Source of the DNA: a bacterium
GTDB lineage: Bacteria; JADJOY01
DNA length: 64,000 bases
Assembly: GCA_046331705.1 (NCBI GenBank)
Contig: JAXLQJ010000003.1
Span: 214,897 to 278,896, forward strand
Direction: 5' to 3'
Below the pieces are notes generated by a model. It did no database searches, had not been told where the DNA came from, and worked only from the letters and a program-made list of their open reading frames with translations. This document shows, in pieces, positions 42,152 through 51,598 of the stretch (position 1 is its first letter; each line of letters starts with the position of its first letter). The translations under genes and the position numbers were made by a program.

Positions 42152-44755
42152 CTACGGCCGCGTGCAGCCGCCGGGCGTTGCCGTGTTGCAATCGTCGTCG
42201 AGGCCGTTGCGCGGGATCTCCGTCGCACCGGGATTCACGGCGGCGTTGCCGTCGTCGCAGTCTGCAGCTGCGCCGTTCGGACACGTGGCATCACCCGGGT
42301 TGCCGTAGCCGTCACCATCGTTGTCGACGCAGGTGACGTCCGGCGTGCCGGGATTGCAGTCGTCGTCGAGGCCGTTGCCAGGCACCTCGACGGCGCCGGG
42401 ATTCACCGCGGCATTGCCGTCGTTGCAATCGGTGGCGCCGCCCGCCGGGCAGCTCGCGTCGCCGGGGTCGCCGTAGCCGTCACCATCGTTGTCGACGCAG
42501 GTGACGTCCGGCGTGCCCGGGTTGCAGTCGTCGTCGAGGCCGTTGCCCGGCACTTCCACGGCGCCGGGATTCACCGCGGCATTGCCGTCGTTGCAGTCGG
42601 TGGCGGCGCCGTTGGAACACGCCGCACTTCCGGGATTGCCGTAGCCGTCGCCGTCGTTGTCGACGCAGGTGTTGCCGATCGGCGTGTAGAGCACCGACTG
42701 GGCGTTGGTGAGCGTCGCGGCGTTGTTGTGGGGCGCGAGGTGGAAACGGAGGTTGCCGCCCTCGCCGATGCCGACCGTGGGCGTGAGGCCGGTGTTGCCG
42801 GAACCGTAGTTGAAACGAATCGTGCCGTCGGCGTTGAGGATGGTTTCGAAGTTGACGGGCGCCGAACCCGAGTAGGTCTGCCCGACCCAGCGAAACACGA
42901 CGCTCGAAGCCGAGGCCGTGATGTAGATGTCCTCGCCGGCCTGCGCGCTCGAATCGGTGCGCAGATCATCCCACAGCGCCGCGACGATCGGGCGCGCCTG
43001 GAGGTCGGCGTCCGCGTTGGTGTAGTCGGTGTTCGAGCCCTGGAAGTCGAGGATGCCGTTCGAGCACACCCACACGCTGGTGCGGCTGGTGCCGAAGTAG
43101 TCGAACGCGAACGGCAGCGTGTACGACCAGCACGAGTCGTCGGCGTGCCAGCCCTGCGCCGTGCCGCCGCCCAGGAGCTGCTGCGAGGTGAGCGACTGGG
43201 TGTAGTAGGGCACGATGACCGTGAAGTTGACCGCGTTGCTGGCGCCCGCGGAAGTGGTCACGACCACCGGATTGGCGCCGGGATTGAGGCCGTTCGGCGC
43301 CGTCGCGGTGATCGCGCTGTCCGACCACGAGCCCACGGCGGCGGTGATGCCGTTGAAGGTGACCGAGCCGGTGCCCTGGCTCGCGCCGAAGCTCGCACCC
43401 GAGATCACGACCGTGTCGCCCGATGCGCCGGCGGTCGGCGACAGGTAGTAGACGTGCGGTCCGAGAACGCTCGCCGTGAGCGCTTGATAGGCGTTGATGC
43501 GGCCGCCCGTGAGCACCTTCCCGGCGAGGCCCGGCTTCGAGTCGGTCGTGAGCAGGATGCGGCTCTTGACCTCGGCGGCGGTCAAGCTCGGGGTCTGCGA
43601 CCAGAGCAGCGCCGCCAATCCGGAGACGTGAGGTGTGGCCATCGAGGTCCCGGAGATCGTGCCGTAGCTTCCCTGGCTGATCGGGTACGTGCTCAGGATG
43701 TTGACGCCCGGAGCCGCGACGTCGACCGTGGTGGCGCCGTAGCTCGAGAACGAGGCGAGCGCGTCGTTGTGGTCGGTGGCGGCCACGGCGATCACGTTCG
43801 CGTTCGGGTAGTTCGATGGGTAATTGGGGACCGAGTCGTTGTTCGACGCGGCGTTCCCGGCCGCCGCGATGAACAGGATGCCGGCGTTCTCGGCGGCGGT
43901 GAGCGCGTCTTGAAAGCTCTGGTCGTAGCCGCCGCCACCCCACGAGTTGCTGGTGAGCTTCACGCCGTGGGACGTCGTGTACTGCATGCATTCGGTGGCG
44001 TCGGCGATCGAGCCCGAGCCGCCCGAGTTCAGGAACTTGCAGGGCAGGATCTTCACGTTCCACGCGACACCGACCACGCCGACGCCGTTGTTGCCGACGG
44101 CGCCGATGGTGCCGGCGGTGTGCGTGCCGTGATAGTGGTCGTCCATCGGATCACCGCTGCCGGTGATCGCGTTGATGCCGTGGACGTCGTCGACGTAGCC
44201 ATCGCCCTCGTCGTCGATGCCGTTGCCGGCGATCTCGCCCGGGTTGGTCCAGACGTTCGCGGCGAGGTCCGGGTGGTTGTAGTCGAGGCCGGTGTCGATG
44301 TCTCCCACCAGCACCGTGCTCGACCCGGTGGTGATGTTCCACGCCTCCGGCGCGTCGATGTCCGCATCGGCGGTGCCGCCCGTCTGTCCGGTGTTGTTGA
44401 GCCCGTAGAGCTGCGAATAGCTGGGGTCGTTGGGAGTCGCGAGGATGTGGACGATGTGGTTCGGCTCGGCGTACTGGACGAGCGGGTTCTTGCTGAGCGA
44501 CGCGATCGACGCCTCGGTGTCCTTGACCTTGAGCCGATGGACGTCGTTGATCCAGTAGTGCTTCACGACGCTGGCGCCTTCGGCTGCGAGCACGGACTGG
44601 ATCTGGTTCGCCTGGGTGCCGGACTTGAAGCGCACCAGCACCTCACCGGGCACGTACTCCGGCGCCGCCGACTTGGCGCTCGCCAGGCTCGCCAAGGCCG
44701 TCGTCAGCAACACCACCACCCAAGACCAACACGCTCGTCTTCCATGACGGATCAT
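42152..44755 (-). CDS. Secreted S8 (subtilisin) peptidase with C-terminal Myxococcus-type cysteine-rich repeats
   Basis: Signal peptide. I9 propeptide-like region. Catalytic motifs DTG (VGDIDTGL), HGTHTAG, GTSMATPHVSG. Three tandem copies of the about 54-aa CVDNDGDGYG(N/D)PGD..C..G...DCNDGNAAVNPGA.E.PGNGLDDDCN repeat. Confidence 0.9.
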   Translation of the reverse strand: MIRHGRRACWSWVVVLLTTALASLASAKSAAPEYVPGEVLVRFKSGTQANQIQSVLAAEGASVVKHYWINDVHRLKVKDTEASIASLSKNPLVQYAEPNHIVHILATPNDPSYSQLYGLNNTGQTGGTADADIDAPEAWNITTGSSTVLVGDIDTGLDYNHPDLAANVWTNPGEIAGNGIDDEGDGYVDDVHGINAITGSGDPMDDHYHGTHTAGTIGAVGNNGVGVVGVAWNVKILPCKFLNSGGSGSIADATECMQYTTSHGVKLTSNSWGGGGYDQSFQDALTAAENAGILFIAAAGNAASNNDSVPNYPSNYPNANVIAVAATDHNDALASFSSYGATTVDVAAPGVNILSTYPISQGSYGTISGTSMATPHVSGLAALLWSQTPSLTAAEVKSRILLTTDSKPGLAGKVLTGGRINAYQALTASVLGPHVYYLSPTAGASGDTVVISGASFGASQGTGSVTFNGITAAVGSWSDSAITATAPNGLNPGANPVVVTTSAGASNAVNFTVIVPYYTQSLTSQQLLGGGTAQGWHADDSCWSYTLPFAFDYFGTSRTSVWVCSNGILDFQGSNTDYTNADADLQARPIVAALWDDLRTDSSAQAGEDIYITASASSVVFRWVGQTYSGSAPVNFETILNADGTIRFNYGSGNTGLTPTVGIGEGGNLRFHLAPHNNAATLTNAQSVLYTPIGNTCVDNDGDGYGNPGSAACSNGAATDCNDGNAAVNPGAVEVPGNGLDDDCNPGTPDVTCVDNDGDGYGDPGDASCPAGGATDCNDGNAAVNPGAVEVPGNGLDDDCNPGTPDVTCVDNDGDGYGNPGDATCPNGAAADCDDGNAAVNPGATEIPRNGLDDDCNTATPGGCTRP
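42160..42700. repeat. Tandem about 162-bp repeats (3.3 copies) inside the subtilisin gene
   Basis: Near-identical DNA units (...ccgtagccgtcaccatcgttgtcgacgcaggtgacgtccggcgtgcc...) recur with a 162-nt period. Confidence 0.8.
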
Positions 44756-44941
44756 GCGCCCCTCCCCTTCGATTGTGAGCGGATTCTCGCGACGGTGCGA
44801 CTCGACGATGCTACGCCCCGGTGACGAACGGGGTCAATCCAGCAACCGTCGAGTGGCGCAATTCCGCGGCGGCACGGCCCATCCAACACCAGTTCGAGGG
44901 CCGCGCTTGCCGCGGCGTGCCGCTGTCGTTATTGTAAAAAT

Positions 44942-45424
44942 ATGCAAGAACTGCCAACCCAATGCCCCGCGGAAGCTGCTGGGAAGACCTGCTGCATCGA
45001 GCACTTTCGCGAGACCCTGCAAGTGCTCGGCAAGCGGATGACCGATGAGCGGCGCGTGCTCATGCGGGCCATCTGCTCGATCGAAGGCCATTTTCGACCG
45101 GAAGACCTGGAACAGATCCTGCTAGCGAACGGGTACTCGATCTCGCTGCCGACCATCTACCGGAACCTGCCGGTGCTGATCGAGGCGGGGATCATCCGGC
45201 GCACCGACGCGCAGGACGCGCAAGAGGGAAGCCAGTACGAGCACATCTGGGGTCACGAGCACCACGATCACCTGGTCTGCGTACGTTGCCGAAAGCTCAT
45301 CGAATTCCAGTATCCGGCCATCGACGCACTCCAGGAAGTCGTCGCGCGCGAGCACGGATTCGACCTCATCAACCATCGCCTCGAGCTGCTGGGAGTGTGC
45401 GCCGATTGCCGGGCGGCGATCTGA
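44942..45424 (+). CDS. fur: Fur-family transcriptional regulator
   Basis: FRETLQVLGKRMTDERRVLMRAI DNA-binding N-terminus. HHDHLVCVRCRKL...CADC metal sites. Confidence 0.85.
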   Translation: MQELPTQCPAEAAGKTCCIEHFRETLQVLGKRMTDERRVLMRAICSIEGHFRPEDLEQILLANGYSISLPTIYRNLPVLIEAGIIRRTDAQDAQEGSQYEHIWGHEHHDHLVCVRCRKLIEFQYPAIDALQEVVAREHGFDLINHRLELLGVCADCRAAI

Positions 45425-45458
45425 CGGCGCGGCGTAGGTCCTCGGAAAGGTCTTGAGA

Positions 45459-45716
45459 ATGAGTGTCAAATCGAGTCTCGATGGTCACGCCACCCTCGAT
45501 CAGATCGCTGCCGGGCAGACCGCGATCGTGATCCAGATCGGCGAGTCGAGCGAGGTGCGCGAGCACCTGGCGGCGCGTGGAATCGGGCCGGGCGTACCCG
45601 TAAAAGTCCTCAAGACCGGCGACCCCCTGCTGGTCGCCGTCGACCAATCGCGCTGGGCGATCGGCCGACTCCACGCCCGCGCGGTCGCCGTGGTCCCCGA
45701 CGGACACGAGCCATGA
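45459..45716 (+). CDS. feoA: FeoA family protein
   Basis: SH3-like FeoA (TLDQIAAGQTAIVIQIGESSEVREHLAARGIGPGVPVKVLKTG). GGAAAGG SD 8 nt before ATG 45459. The ORF track starts at an upstream TTG. Confidence 0.8.
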   Translation: MSVKSSLDGHATLDQIAAGQTAIVIQIGESSEVREHLAARGIGPGVPVKVLKTGDPLLVAVDQSRWAIGRLHARAVAVVPDGHEP

Positions 45717-45943
45717 CGCCACTCTCCGAGCTCTCCCCGGGCCAGAGCGGCACCATCGCGGGCTTCCGCGACTACGGCCCCCTCGTCCAGCGGATGATGA
45801 GCCTGGGCGTTTTGGAAGGGAACGAGGTCAAGGTGATCCGCCTCGCTCCTGCCGGCGACCCGATCCAAGTCGAGGTGCTCGGCTACTCGCTCTCGCTCCG
45901 GCGCAGCGAGGCGGCCCTGATCGACATCGAGAACGTGCGATGA
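45713..45943 (+). CDS. feoA: FeoA family protein (second copy)
   Basis: LSELSPGQSGTIAGFRDYGPLVQRMMSLGVLEGNEVKVIRLAPAGDPIQVEV. Overlaps the previous stop. Confidence 0.8.
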   Translation: MTPLSELSPGQSGTIAGFRDYGPLVQRMMSLGVLEGNEVKVIRLAPAGDPIQVEVLGYSLSLRRSEAALIDIENVR

Positions 45944-48183
45944 CGGCCCCCGCAACCACTCCCGCGGCGACGCCGCACCCGCCGATGCCGCCCGCCCACG
46001 CGAGCACGACCGCGCGGCGCGCGACCGTCGTCGTGATCGGCAACCCGAACACCGGCAAGAGCACCATCTTCACCGCGCTCACCGGCGTTCGCCAGAAGGT
46101 GGCGAACTATCCGGGCGTCACCGTCGAGAAGCGCTCCGGACACCTGAGCATCGGCGACGTCGAGATCGAGCTGGTCGACCTGCCCGGCACCTACTCACTC
46201 GCGGCGCACAGCCCGGACGAGATGGTGACCGTGGACGTCCTCTTCGGCGGGCTTGCGGGGATGGCGCACCCGGACGCCGTGCTGGTGGTGGCCGACGCGT
46301 CGAACCTGCGTCGCAATCTCTACCTGGCGAGCCAGGTGCTCGAGCTCGGCGTGCCGGTGGTGGTCGCGCTCAACATGGTGGACGTGGCCAAGGCGCGCGG
46401 CATCGAGATCGACGCGACGGCGCTGGGCGCGCGGCTCGGCGCCACCGTGGTCCCCATGGTCGCGAGCCACGATCAGGGGCTCGACGAGCTGCGCGCGGCG
46501 CTGGCGGCGGTGGCGAGCGGGCGAGTCGGCTCGCCCGGCGTCCACGTTCTCCCCGAGCTCGTCGAGCAGGCCGAGCGCATCCGCGCCCAGGTCGTCGCGA
46601 ATGGCCATGCGGTGAAGCGCTACGAGATCGAGCGCGGGCTGATCGACGCCGGCGCGTTCGCCGAGACGCGCCTCATCGAGCGTGCCGGCGAGGGGTTGCG
46701 CGCCGAGCTCGAGGCCACGCGGGCGGCGCTCGGCGGCGGCCGGCCGCTGGCGGCGCTCGAGGCGCAGCGACGCTACGGCTGGATCGCGCGCCAGCTCGAC
46801 GGTGTCGAGCGCCGCGCGCCGGCGCCGCGCACGTGGACCGATCGCATCGACGCCATCATCACCCACAAAGTCTGGGGCTCGCTGGTCTTCATCGGCGTCA
46901 TGGGCGCCGTCTTCCAGTCGGTGTTCTCGTGGGCGACGCCGCTCATGGACGTCATCGACGGCGCGTTCAAGGACCTCGCCACGGCGGTCGGCGCAGCGCT
47001 GCCGCCGGGAGCGCTGGCGAGCCTCGTCACCGATGGCGCGATCGCGGGCGTCGGCAGCGTGCTCGTCTTCCTGCCGCAGATCCTGATCCTGTTTCTCTTC
47101 ATCGGGATCCTCGAGGACTCCGGGTACATGTCGCGCGCCGCGTTCCTGATGGATCGGGTGATGCGATTCTCGGGGCTCTCCGGCCAGTCGTTCATCCCCA
47201 TGCTGTCGAGCTTCGCCTGCGCCGTGCCGGGGATCATGGCCACGCGCGTGATCGCCGACCGTCGCGACCGCTTCGCGACCATCCTGGTGGCGCCGCTGAT
47301 GTCCTGCTCGGCGCGCCTTCCCGTCTACACGGTGCTGATCGCGGCGTTCATCCCACACCGGCATTTCCTGGGAGGCTGGCTCGGCCTGCAGGGGCTCGTG
47401 ATGCTGAGCCTCTACCTGCTCGGCATCGTGCTCGCGGTGGTCGCCGCGTCGCTCTTCAAGCGCACCGTGCTCAAGGGGCCCACTCCCACGTTCTTGATGG
47501 AGCTTCCCGCCTACAAATGGCCGCGGCCGCGTGCGATGGCGCTGCGCCTCCTGGAGCGCGCCAAGGTGTTCGTGCTGCGCGCGGGCACCGTGATCTTCTC
47601 GGTCAGCGTCGTGGTGTGGGCGCTCTCGTATTTCCCGCGCTCGCCGTCGATCCACGCGGACTTCGAGGCCCGGCGCGTCGCGGCGACCGCCGAGAACGCC
47701 GCCGGCGAGGCGCGCGAGCGAGCGCTCGCCGCGCTCGACGCTGCCGAGGACGCGACGTATCTCGAGCAGAGCGTGTTCGGGCGAATCGGGCATGCCATCG
47801 AGCCCGTGTTCCGGCCGCTCGGCTGGGATTGGCGGGTGGCGATGGCCGCGATCGCCTCCTTCCCGGCGCGCGAGGTGGTGATCTCGGTGCTCGGCACCAC
47901 CTACGCGCTCGGCAAGGACGTCGACGAGGGCTCGGACACGCTGCGCACGGCGTTGCAGCAAGCGCGCTGGCCAGACGGGCGGCCCGTCTTCACCGCCGCG
48001 TCCGCGCTGGGGCTCATGGTCTTCTTCGCGCTCTGCCTGCAATGCGCCGCCACCGTCGCGACCATCCGACGCGAGACGCAGTCGTGGAAGTGGCCCGCGT
48101 TCGCATGGACGTACATGACCGTGCTCGCCTACCTCGGCGCGCTGCTGACCTACCAGATCGGCTCGCGGCTGGCGGCGAGCTGA
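45940..48183 (+). CDS. feoB: Ferrous iron transport protein FeoB
   Basis: G-protein domain (IGNPNTGKST, DLPGTYSL, NMVD) followed by a polytopic membrane domain. ATGA overlap with feoA. Confidence 0.9.
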   Translation: MTAPATTPAATPHPPMPPAHASTTARRATVVVIGNPNTGKSTIFTALTGVRQKVANYPGVTVEKRSGHLSIGDVEIELVDLPGTYSLAAHSPDEMVTVDVLFGGLAGMAHPDAVLVVADASNLRRNLYLASQVLELGVPVVVALNMVDVAKARGIEIDATALGARLGATVVPMVASHDQGLDELRAALAAVASGRVGSPGVHVLPELVEQAERIRAQVVANGHAVKRYEIERGLIDAGAFAETRLIERAGEGLRAELEATRAALGGGRPLAALEAQRRYGWIARQLDGVERRAPAPRTWTDRIDAIITHKVWGSLVFIGVMGAVFQSVFSWATPLMDVIDGAFKDLATAVGAALPPGALASLVTDGAIAGVGSVLVFLPQILILFLFIGILEDSGYMSRAAFLMDRVMRFSGLSGQSFIPMLSSFACAVPGIMATRVIADRRDRFATILVAPLMSCSARLPVYTVLIAAFIPHRHFLGGWLGLQGLVMLSLYLLGIVLAVVAASLFKRTVLKGPTPTFLMELPAYKWPRPRAMALRLLERAKVFVLRAGTVIFSVSVVVWALSYFPRSPSIHADFEARRVAATAENAAGEARERALAALDAAEDATYLEQSVFGRIGHAIEPVFRPLGWDWRVAMAAIASFPAREVVISVLGTTYALGKDVDEGSDTLRTALQQARWPDGRPVFTAASALGLMVFFALCLQCAATVATIRRETQSWKWPAFAWTYMTVLAYLGALLTYQIGSRLAAS

Positions 48184-48193
48184 GGAGCACCCC

Positions 48194-48385
48194 GTGGCTG
48201 GGCAGGAATGGATCGCGTTGGGCGTCGTGGTCGGCGTGGTGGCGCTGCAGTGCTGGTCGATGGTGCGCCACCGCCGCGACGCGCGACGATCGCCAGGCGC
48301 TTGCGGCAGCTGCTCCGCGTGCCCGGGCGATTCCGCAGCCGCGCGGCCTTCGATCCCGCGGACCGTCGGCGGTGCCTGCCACTGA
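48194..48385 (+). CDS. FeoB-associated Cys-rich membrane peptide
   Basis: Single TM helix (WIALGVVVGVVALQCW), then a basic stretch and a CGSCSAC motif, as in the FeoB-associated Cys-rich membrane protein family. Immediately downstream of feoB. Confidence 0.6.
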   Translation: MAGQEWIALGVVVGVVALQCWSMVRHRRDARRSPGACGSCSACPGDSAAARPSIPRTVGGACH

Positions 48386-48731
48386 CCGCGGCCGAGCCCG
48401 CGGCGCGCTCCTGACGTGCCTCGTCGCCGCCTGCGCGCCGACGAGCGCGCCGATGACGCTGGCACAGGTTCGCGAGATCGTGATCGGACGAACCACGCGC
48501 GCGGAGCTGGTGGCAGCGCTCGGCCCGCCCGCCGAGACGCGCGACGACACCCTGATCTGGAGCGAGTCGCGCCGACCCTGGCTCGGCCCGGCGCGGACGC
48601 GCCAGCTGACGATCCGGCTCGACGCCGCGGGCCGCGTGAAGACCTACGAGCTCGAGAGCGACTTTCCCGGCGATTCCACGGAACCCGAGAGCGGGATCGC
48701 CGTCAAACCGGATCGCCCTTCGGGTGATTGA
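48372..48731 (+). CDS. Putative small lipoprotein
   Basis: Frame continues from a GTG at 48372. Signal peptide with lipobox LVAAC (VPATDRGRARGALLTCLVAACAPTS...). High GC3. The start is tentative and overlaps the previous small gene by about 14 nt. Confidence 0.35.
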   Translation: MPATDRGRARGALLTCLVAACAPTSAPMTLAQVREIVIGRTTRAELVAALGPPAETRDDTLIWSESRRPWLGPARTRQLTIRLDAAGRVKTYELESDFPGDSTEPESGIAVKPDRPSGD

Positions 48732-49821
48732 ACGCCTGGTTGAAGCGCCCGGCGAGCTGCTCGGCGACGGGATACACCGCGCGCTGGAGCCGGTGCGGCA
48801 CGAAATACTGCGGCCACAAGAGCCGCTTCCAGCGGGCGCGAGCTCGCGGGGTCACGGCGTGGCGGCGGATTCGCGCCACCGCCGCGGGCTCGAGGGGGGT
48901 GGCACCTTCCACCAGGCGATACGTGGGCTCGCTCCCGCCCGAGGCGAGGCCGAGGTGCGCGACGCCTCGCCACGGATAGTCGAGCACGTCGCACCAGAAG
49001 CGATCTCCGCTCGCGACGTCGCGGTGCGCGACCACCCGGTCGATCCGCACCGGCACCGTGAAGTGAGGGCCGAGGCCGGAGCCGAGAAAGCTGCCGCCGC
49101 CCAGGGAGAGCGCCGGCCGCACGAGCCGCGCCGCGGCGGCGACCACGCGATCGAGGACGTCCGCGCGACGGTGAAAGTCGCCCTTGGTGGAGGAGTAGAG
49201 CGCGCCGTAGAGATTCTTGGTCGCCGCGGTGATTCCGCACTCCCAGTGGTATTTCGGCGCATAGGCATTGATCACGAGCACGTTGGGATCGAGCAACGTC
49301 GTCGGCACGTCGAGCGGTGCCGCGAGCCCAGCGACGCTCACCCGCGCACGCTCGCCGCGGCTCAGGCTCTCGAAGCTCGCTCCTTCCTCCAGCAACAGCT
49401 CGTCGTAGCCACGCGCCTTGAGCAAGCGCGTGTCGGCTCGGCAAGCGCGCTGGTCGCCCTCGGCCACCACCGCCACGCCGCCACGCGCCCTCACCCAGCG
49501 GATGAGACCACGGACGAGATCCGGATCGGTGAAGGAACCCGGGCAACCGGGCAGGCCACCGCCCAGGTTCACCTTGATCAGGACCCGCTGTCCCTCGCGC
49601 ACGAGGGCGGCGGCGTCGAGCGCAGCGAGCGCCCGCTCGACGGCCTCGTGGGGCGCCAGCGCCGAGAACGGTCCGCACCACAGCCGCGGGTCGTCGCGGC
49701 CCGCGGGGCTCTCGACTTCCTTCCCTTCCCATTGACCGCGCTTGCGCTCGAGGTCCACCCACGGCACCAGCGCGCGGCCGTATTCCTCACGCAGTCCCTT
49801 CTCGGCTTCGTCTCTGGCCAT
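48703..49821 (-). CDS. DUF362 domain protein
   Basis: RVLIKVNLGGG (DUF362 hallmark VxIKPNL) and conserved Cys. Confidence 0.7.
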   Translation of the reverse strand: MARDEAEKGLREEYGRALVPWVDLERKRGQWEGKEVESPAGRDDPRLWCGPFSALAPHEAVERALAALDAAALVREGQRVLIKVNLGGGLPGCPGSFTDPDLVRGLIRWVRARGGVAVVAEGDQRACRADTRLLKARGYDELLLEEGASFESLSRGERARVSVAGLAAPLDVPTTLLDPNVLVINAYAPKYHWECGITAATKNLYGALYSSTKGDFHRRADVLDRVVAAAARLVRPALSLGGGSFLGSGLGPHFTVPVRIDRVVAHRDVASGDRFWCDVLDYPWRGVAHLGLASGGSEPTYRLVEGATPLEPAAVARIRRHAVTPRARARWKRLLWPQYFVPHRLQRAVYPVAEQLAGRFNQAFNHPKGDPV

Positions 49822-49935
49822 CGTGTCGGGCTCCCTCTATATGAGATAGCACCGCTCGCGCGACGAGCGGTGCCCCTTTCCACCCTCTCGCTCGGCTGCC
49901 AGCGGCGACGCGCGGCGCGCCGCTCGGAGCCTCCG

Positions 49936-50700
49936 ATGCTCGATCCCCGGTTCCGCCTCTTCGCCGAGGAGCTCGCCGAGCTCGCCGGCGACGTCATCCG
50001 CCGCTACTACCGATCGAGCGTCCAGGTACACGAGAAATCCGACGCGACTCCCGTGACGCAGGCCGACCGCGAGGCCGAAGCGGTCATGCGCGATCGGATC
50101 GTGCAGTGCTTTCCCGACCACGGCGTGCTCGGCGAGGAGCACGGCGAGGTCAACCCGGGCGCCGACTATCGCTGGGTCCTCGATCCGGTCGACGGCACCA
50201 AGAGCTTCGTCCTCGGCATCCCGATGTTCGTGACGCTGATCGCGCTGGAATACCGTGGGCAACCGATCCTGGGCGTCATCGACCAACCCGTGCTGCGCGA
50301 ACGGGTGATCGGCGACGGCCGCGAGACGCGGCTCAACGGGCGTCCGGTCCGCGCCCGGCCTTGCGGCGCGCTCGAGAACGCGTATCTCCTCGCGACCGAT
50401 CCGCTGCTCGTCGAGAAGCACTTCGGCACCCGCGGCTTCGACCGTCTCACCCACGCCGTCAAATGCTTCCGCGCCATCGGCGACGGCTACTCCTACGGGC
50501 TGCTCGCTGCAGGCTTCGCCGACGTCGTGCTGGATCCGATCATGAACCCGTGGGACGTGGCGGCGCTGATTCCCGTGGTGCGGGGTGCCGGCGCGGTGAT
50601 CAGCGACTGGCACGGCGACGATCCGGTGGGCAAGGCAAGCACCGTCGCGGCGAGCGCCGCGATCCATCCGCGCGTGATCGAGATCCTGAACCGCCCCTGA
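49936..50700 (+). CDS. Inositol monophosphatase family protein (HisN/SuhB-like)
   Basis: IMPase motifs GEE...WVLDPVDGT and WDVAA. Start at MLDPRF; the listed ORF from 48724 is an antisense extension. Confidence 0.85.
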   Translation: MLDPRFRLFAEELAELAGDVIRRYYRSSVQVHEKSDATPVTQADREAEAVMRDRIVQCFPDHGVLGEEHGEVNPGADYRWVLDPVDGTKSFVLGIPMFVTLIALEYRGQPILGVIDQPVLRERVIGDGRETRLNGRPVRARPCGALENAYLLATDPLLVEKHFGTRGFDRLTHAVKCFRAIGDGYSYGLLAAGFADVVLDPIMNPWDVAALIPVVRGAGAVISDWHGDDPVGKASTVAASAAIHPRVIEILNRP

Positions 50701-50719
50701 CGGGCGCGCGATCCCACGC

Positions 50720-51490
50720 TCAACCTTCCGCGAATCGCGCCGCGACGCTGCGCACCAGCTCGGGAAGGAGCTCGACGCAGTCGCCTTCCAGACGCACCGT
50801 CGCGACGTCGTCGTGCGCCGTCGGACCGCGGTTCACGATCACGTAGGGCGCGCCGCGCCGACGCGCGGCCAACGGCACCAGCGCCGCCGGCTGCACCTCC
50901 AGCGTCGAGCCGACCGCCAGCACCGCGTCGGCTCGCTCGGCGGCGGCGAACGCGCGCTGGGTCTCGCGCTCGGGCATGGATTGCCCGAACGAGATGGTGG
51001 CGCTCTTCACCAAGCCGCCGCAGCCACACCGCGGCGCCCGGCGCGTGCGCCGGAACTCCTCCATCCACGGCCCGGGCTCGCTGCGCGCGCCGCAGCTCAG
51101 GCATTCGATCCAGCGATTGGTGCCGTGGATCTCCACGACGCGATCGCCGCGGCTTCCCGCATCCTGGTGCAGGCCGTCGATGTTCTGCGTCACCAGCAGC
51201 TCCACCCGTCCCTGCCGCTCGAGCTCGACGATCGCGTGATGCGCGGCGTTCGGGCGCGCATCGCGGAACTGGTCCCAGGACTCGAGCTTGAAATCCCAAT
51301 GCTCGGCGCGCGCCTCCTCCGAGGCGAGGAAGTCCTGGAAGTAGACCGGCTTGCGTCGTTTCCACACGCCGTTCGGCCCGCGGAAATCCGCGATGCCGGA
51401 ACCGGTCGAGATTCCCGCGCCGGTGAACACCAAGAGGCGGCGCGCCCGCGCCAGCACGTCCGCTGCACGCTCGAGATCCGAGTCGCTCAT
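50720..51490 (-). CDS. NAD-dependent protein deacylase (SIR2 family)
   Basis: GAGIST..GIADFRG, TQNIDGLH, Zn-ribbon CLSCG...CGCGG. Start trimmed to MSDSDLER. Confidence 0.85.
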   Translation of the reverse strand: MSDSDLERAADVLARARRLLVFTGAGISTGSGIADFRGPNGVWKRRKPVYFQDFLASEEARAEHWDFKLESWDQFRDARPNAAHHAIVELERQGRVELLVTQNIDGLHQDAGSRGDRVVEIHGTNRWIECLSCGARSEPGPWMEEFRRTRRAPRCGCGGLVKSATISFGQSMPERETQRAFAAAERADAVLAVGSTLEVQPAALVPLAARRRGAPYVIVNRGPTAHDDVATVRLEGDCVELLPELVRSVAARFAEG

Positions 51491-51598
51491 CGTCGCCTTC
51501 TCCGCGTGGACGGCCACGGATCTCACCGTCGCGCCACGCGACGGCGCGAGGCGCGACTCGACCCGCTCCCGTCTGCTACCGTTTCGCCCTCACGCGCC

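Noticed and set aside
46195-48465. 756-aa minus-strand ORF opposite feoB, and the 632-aa plus ORF at 46833..48731
   Set aside because: FeoB homology is unambiguous in the 45940..48183 frame. The others are GC-driven open frames. Only the last about 120 codons of the 46833 frame (lipobox-containing) were kept, as a tentative small lipoprotein.
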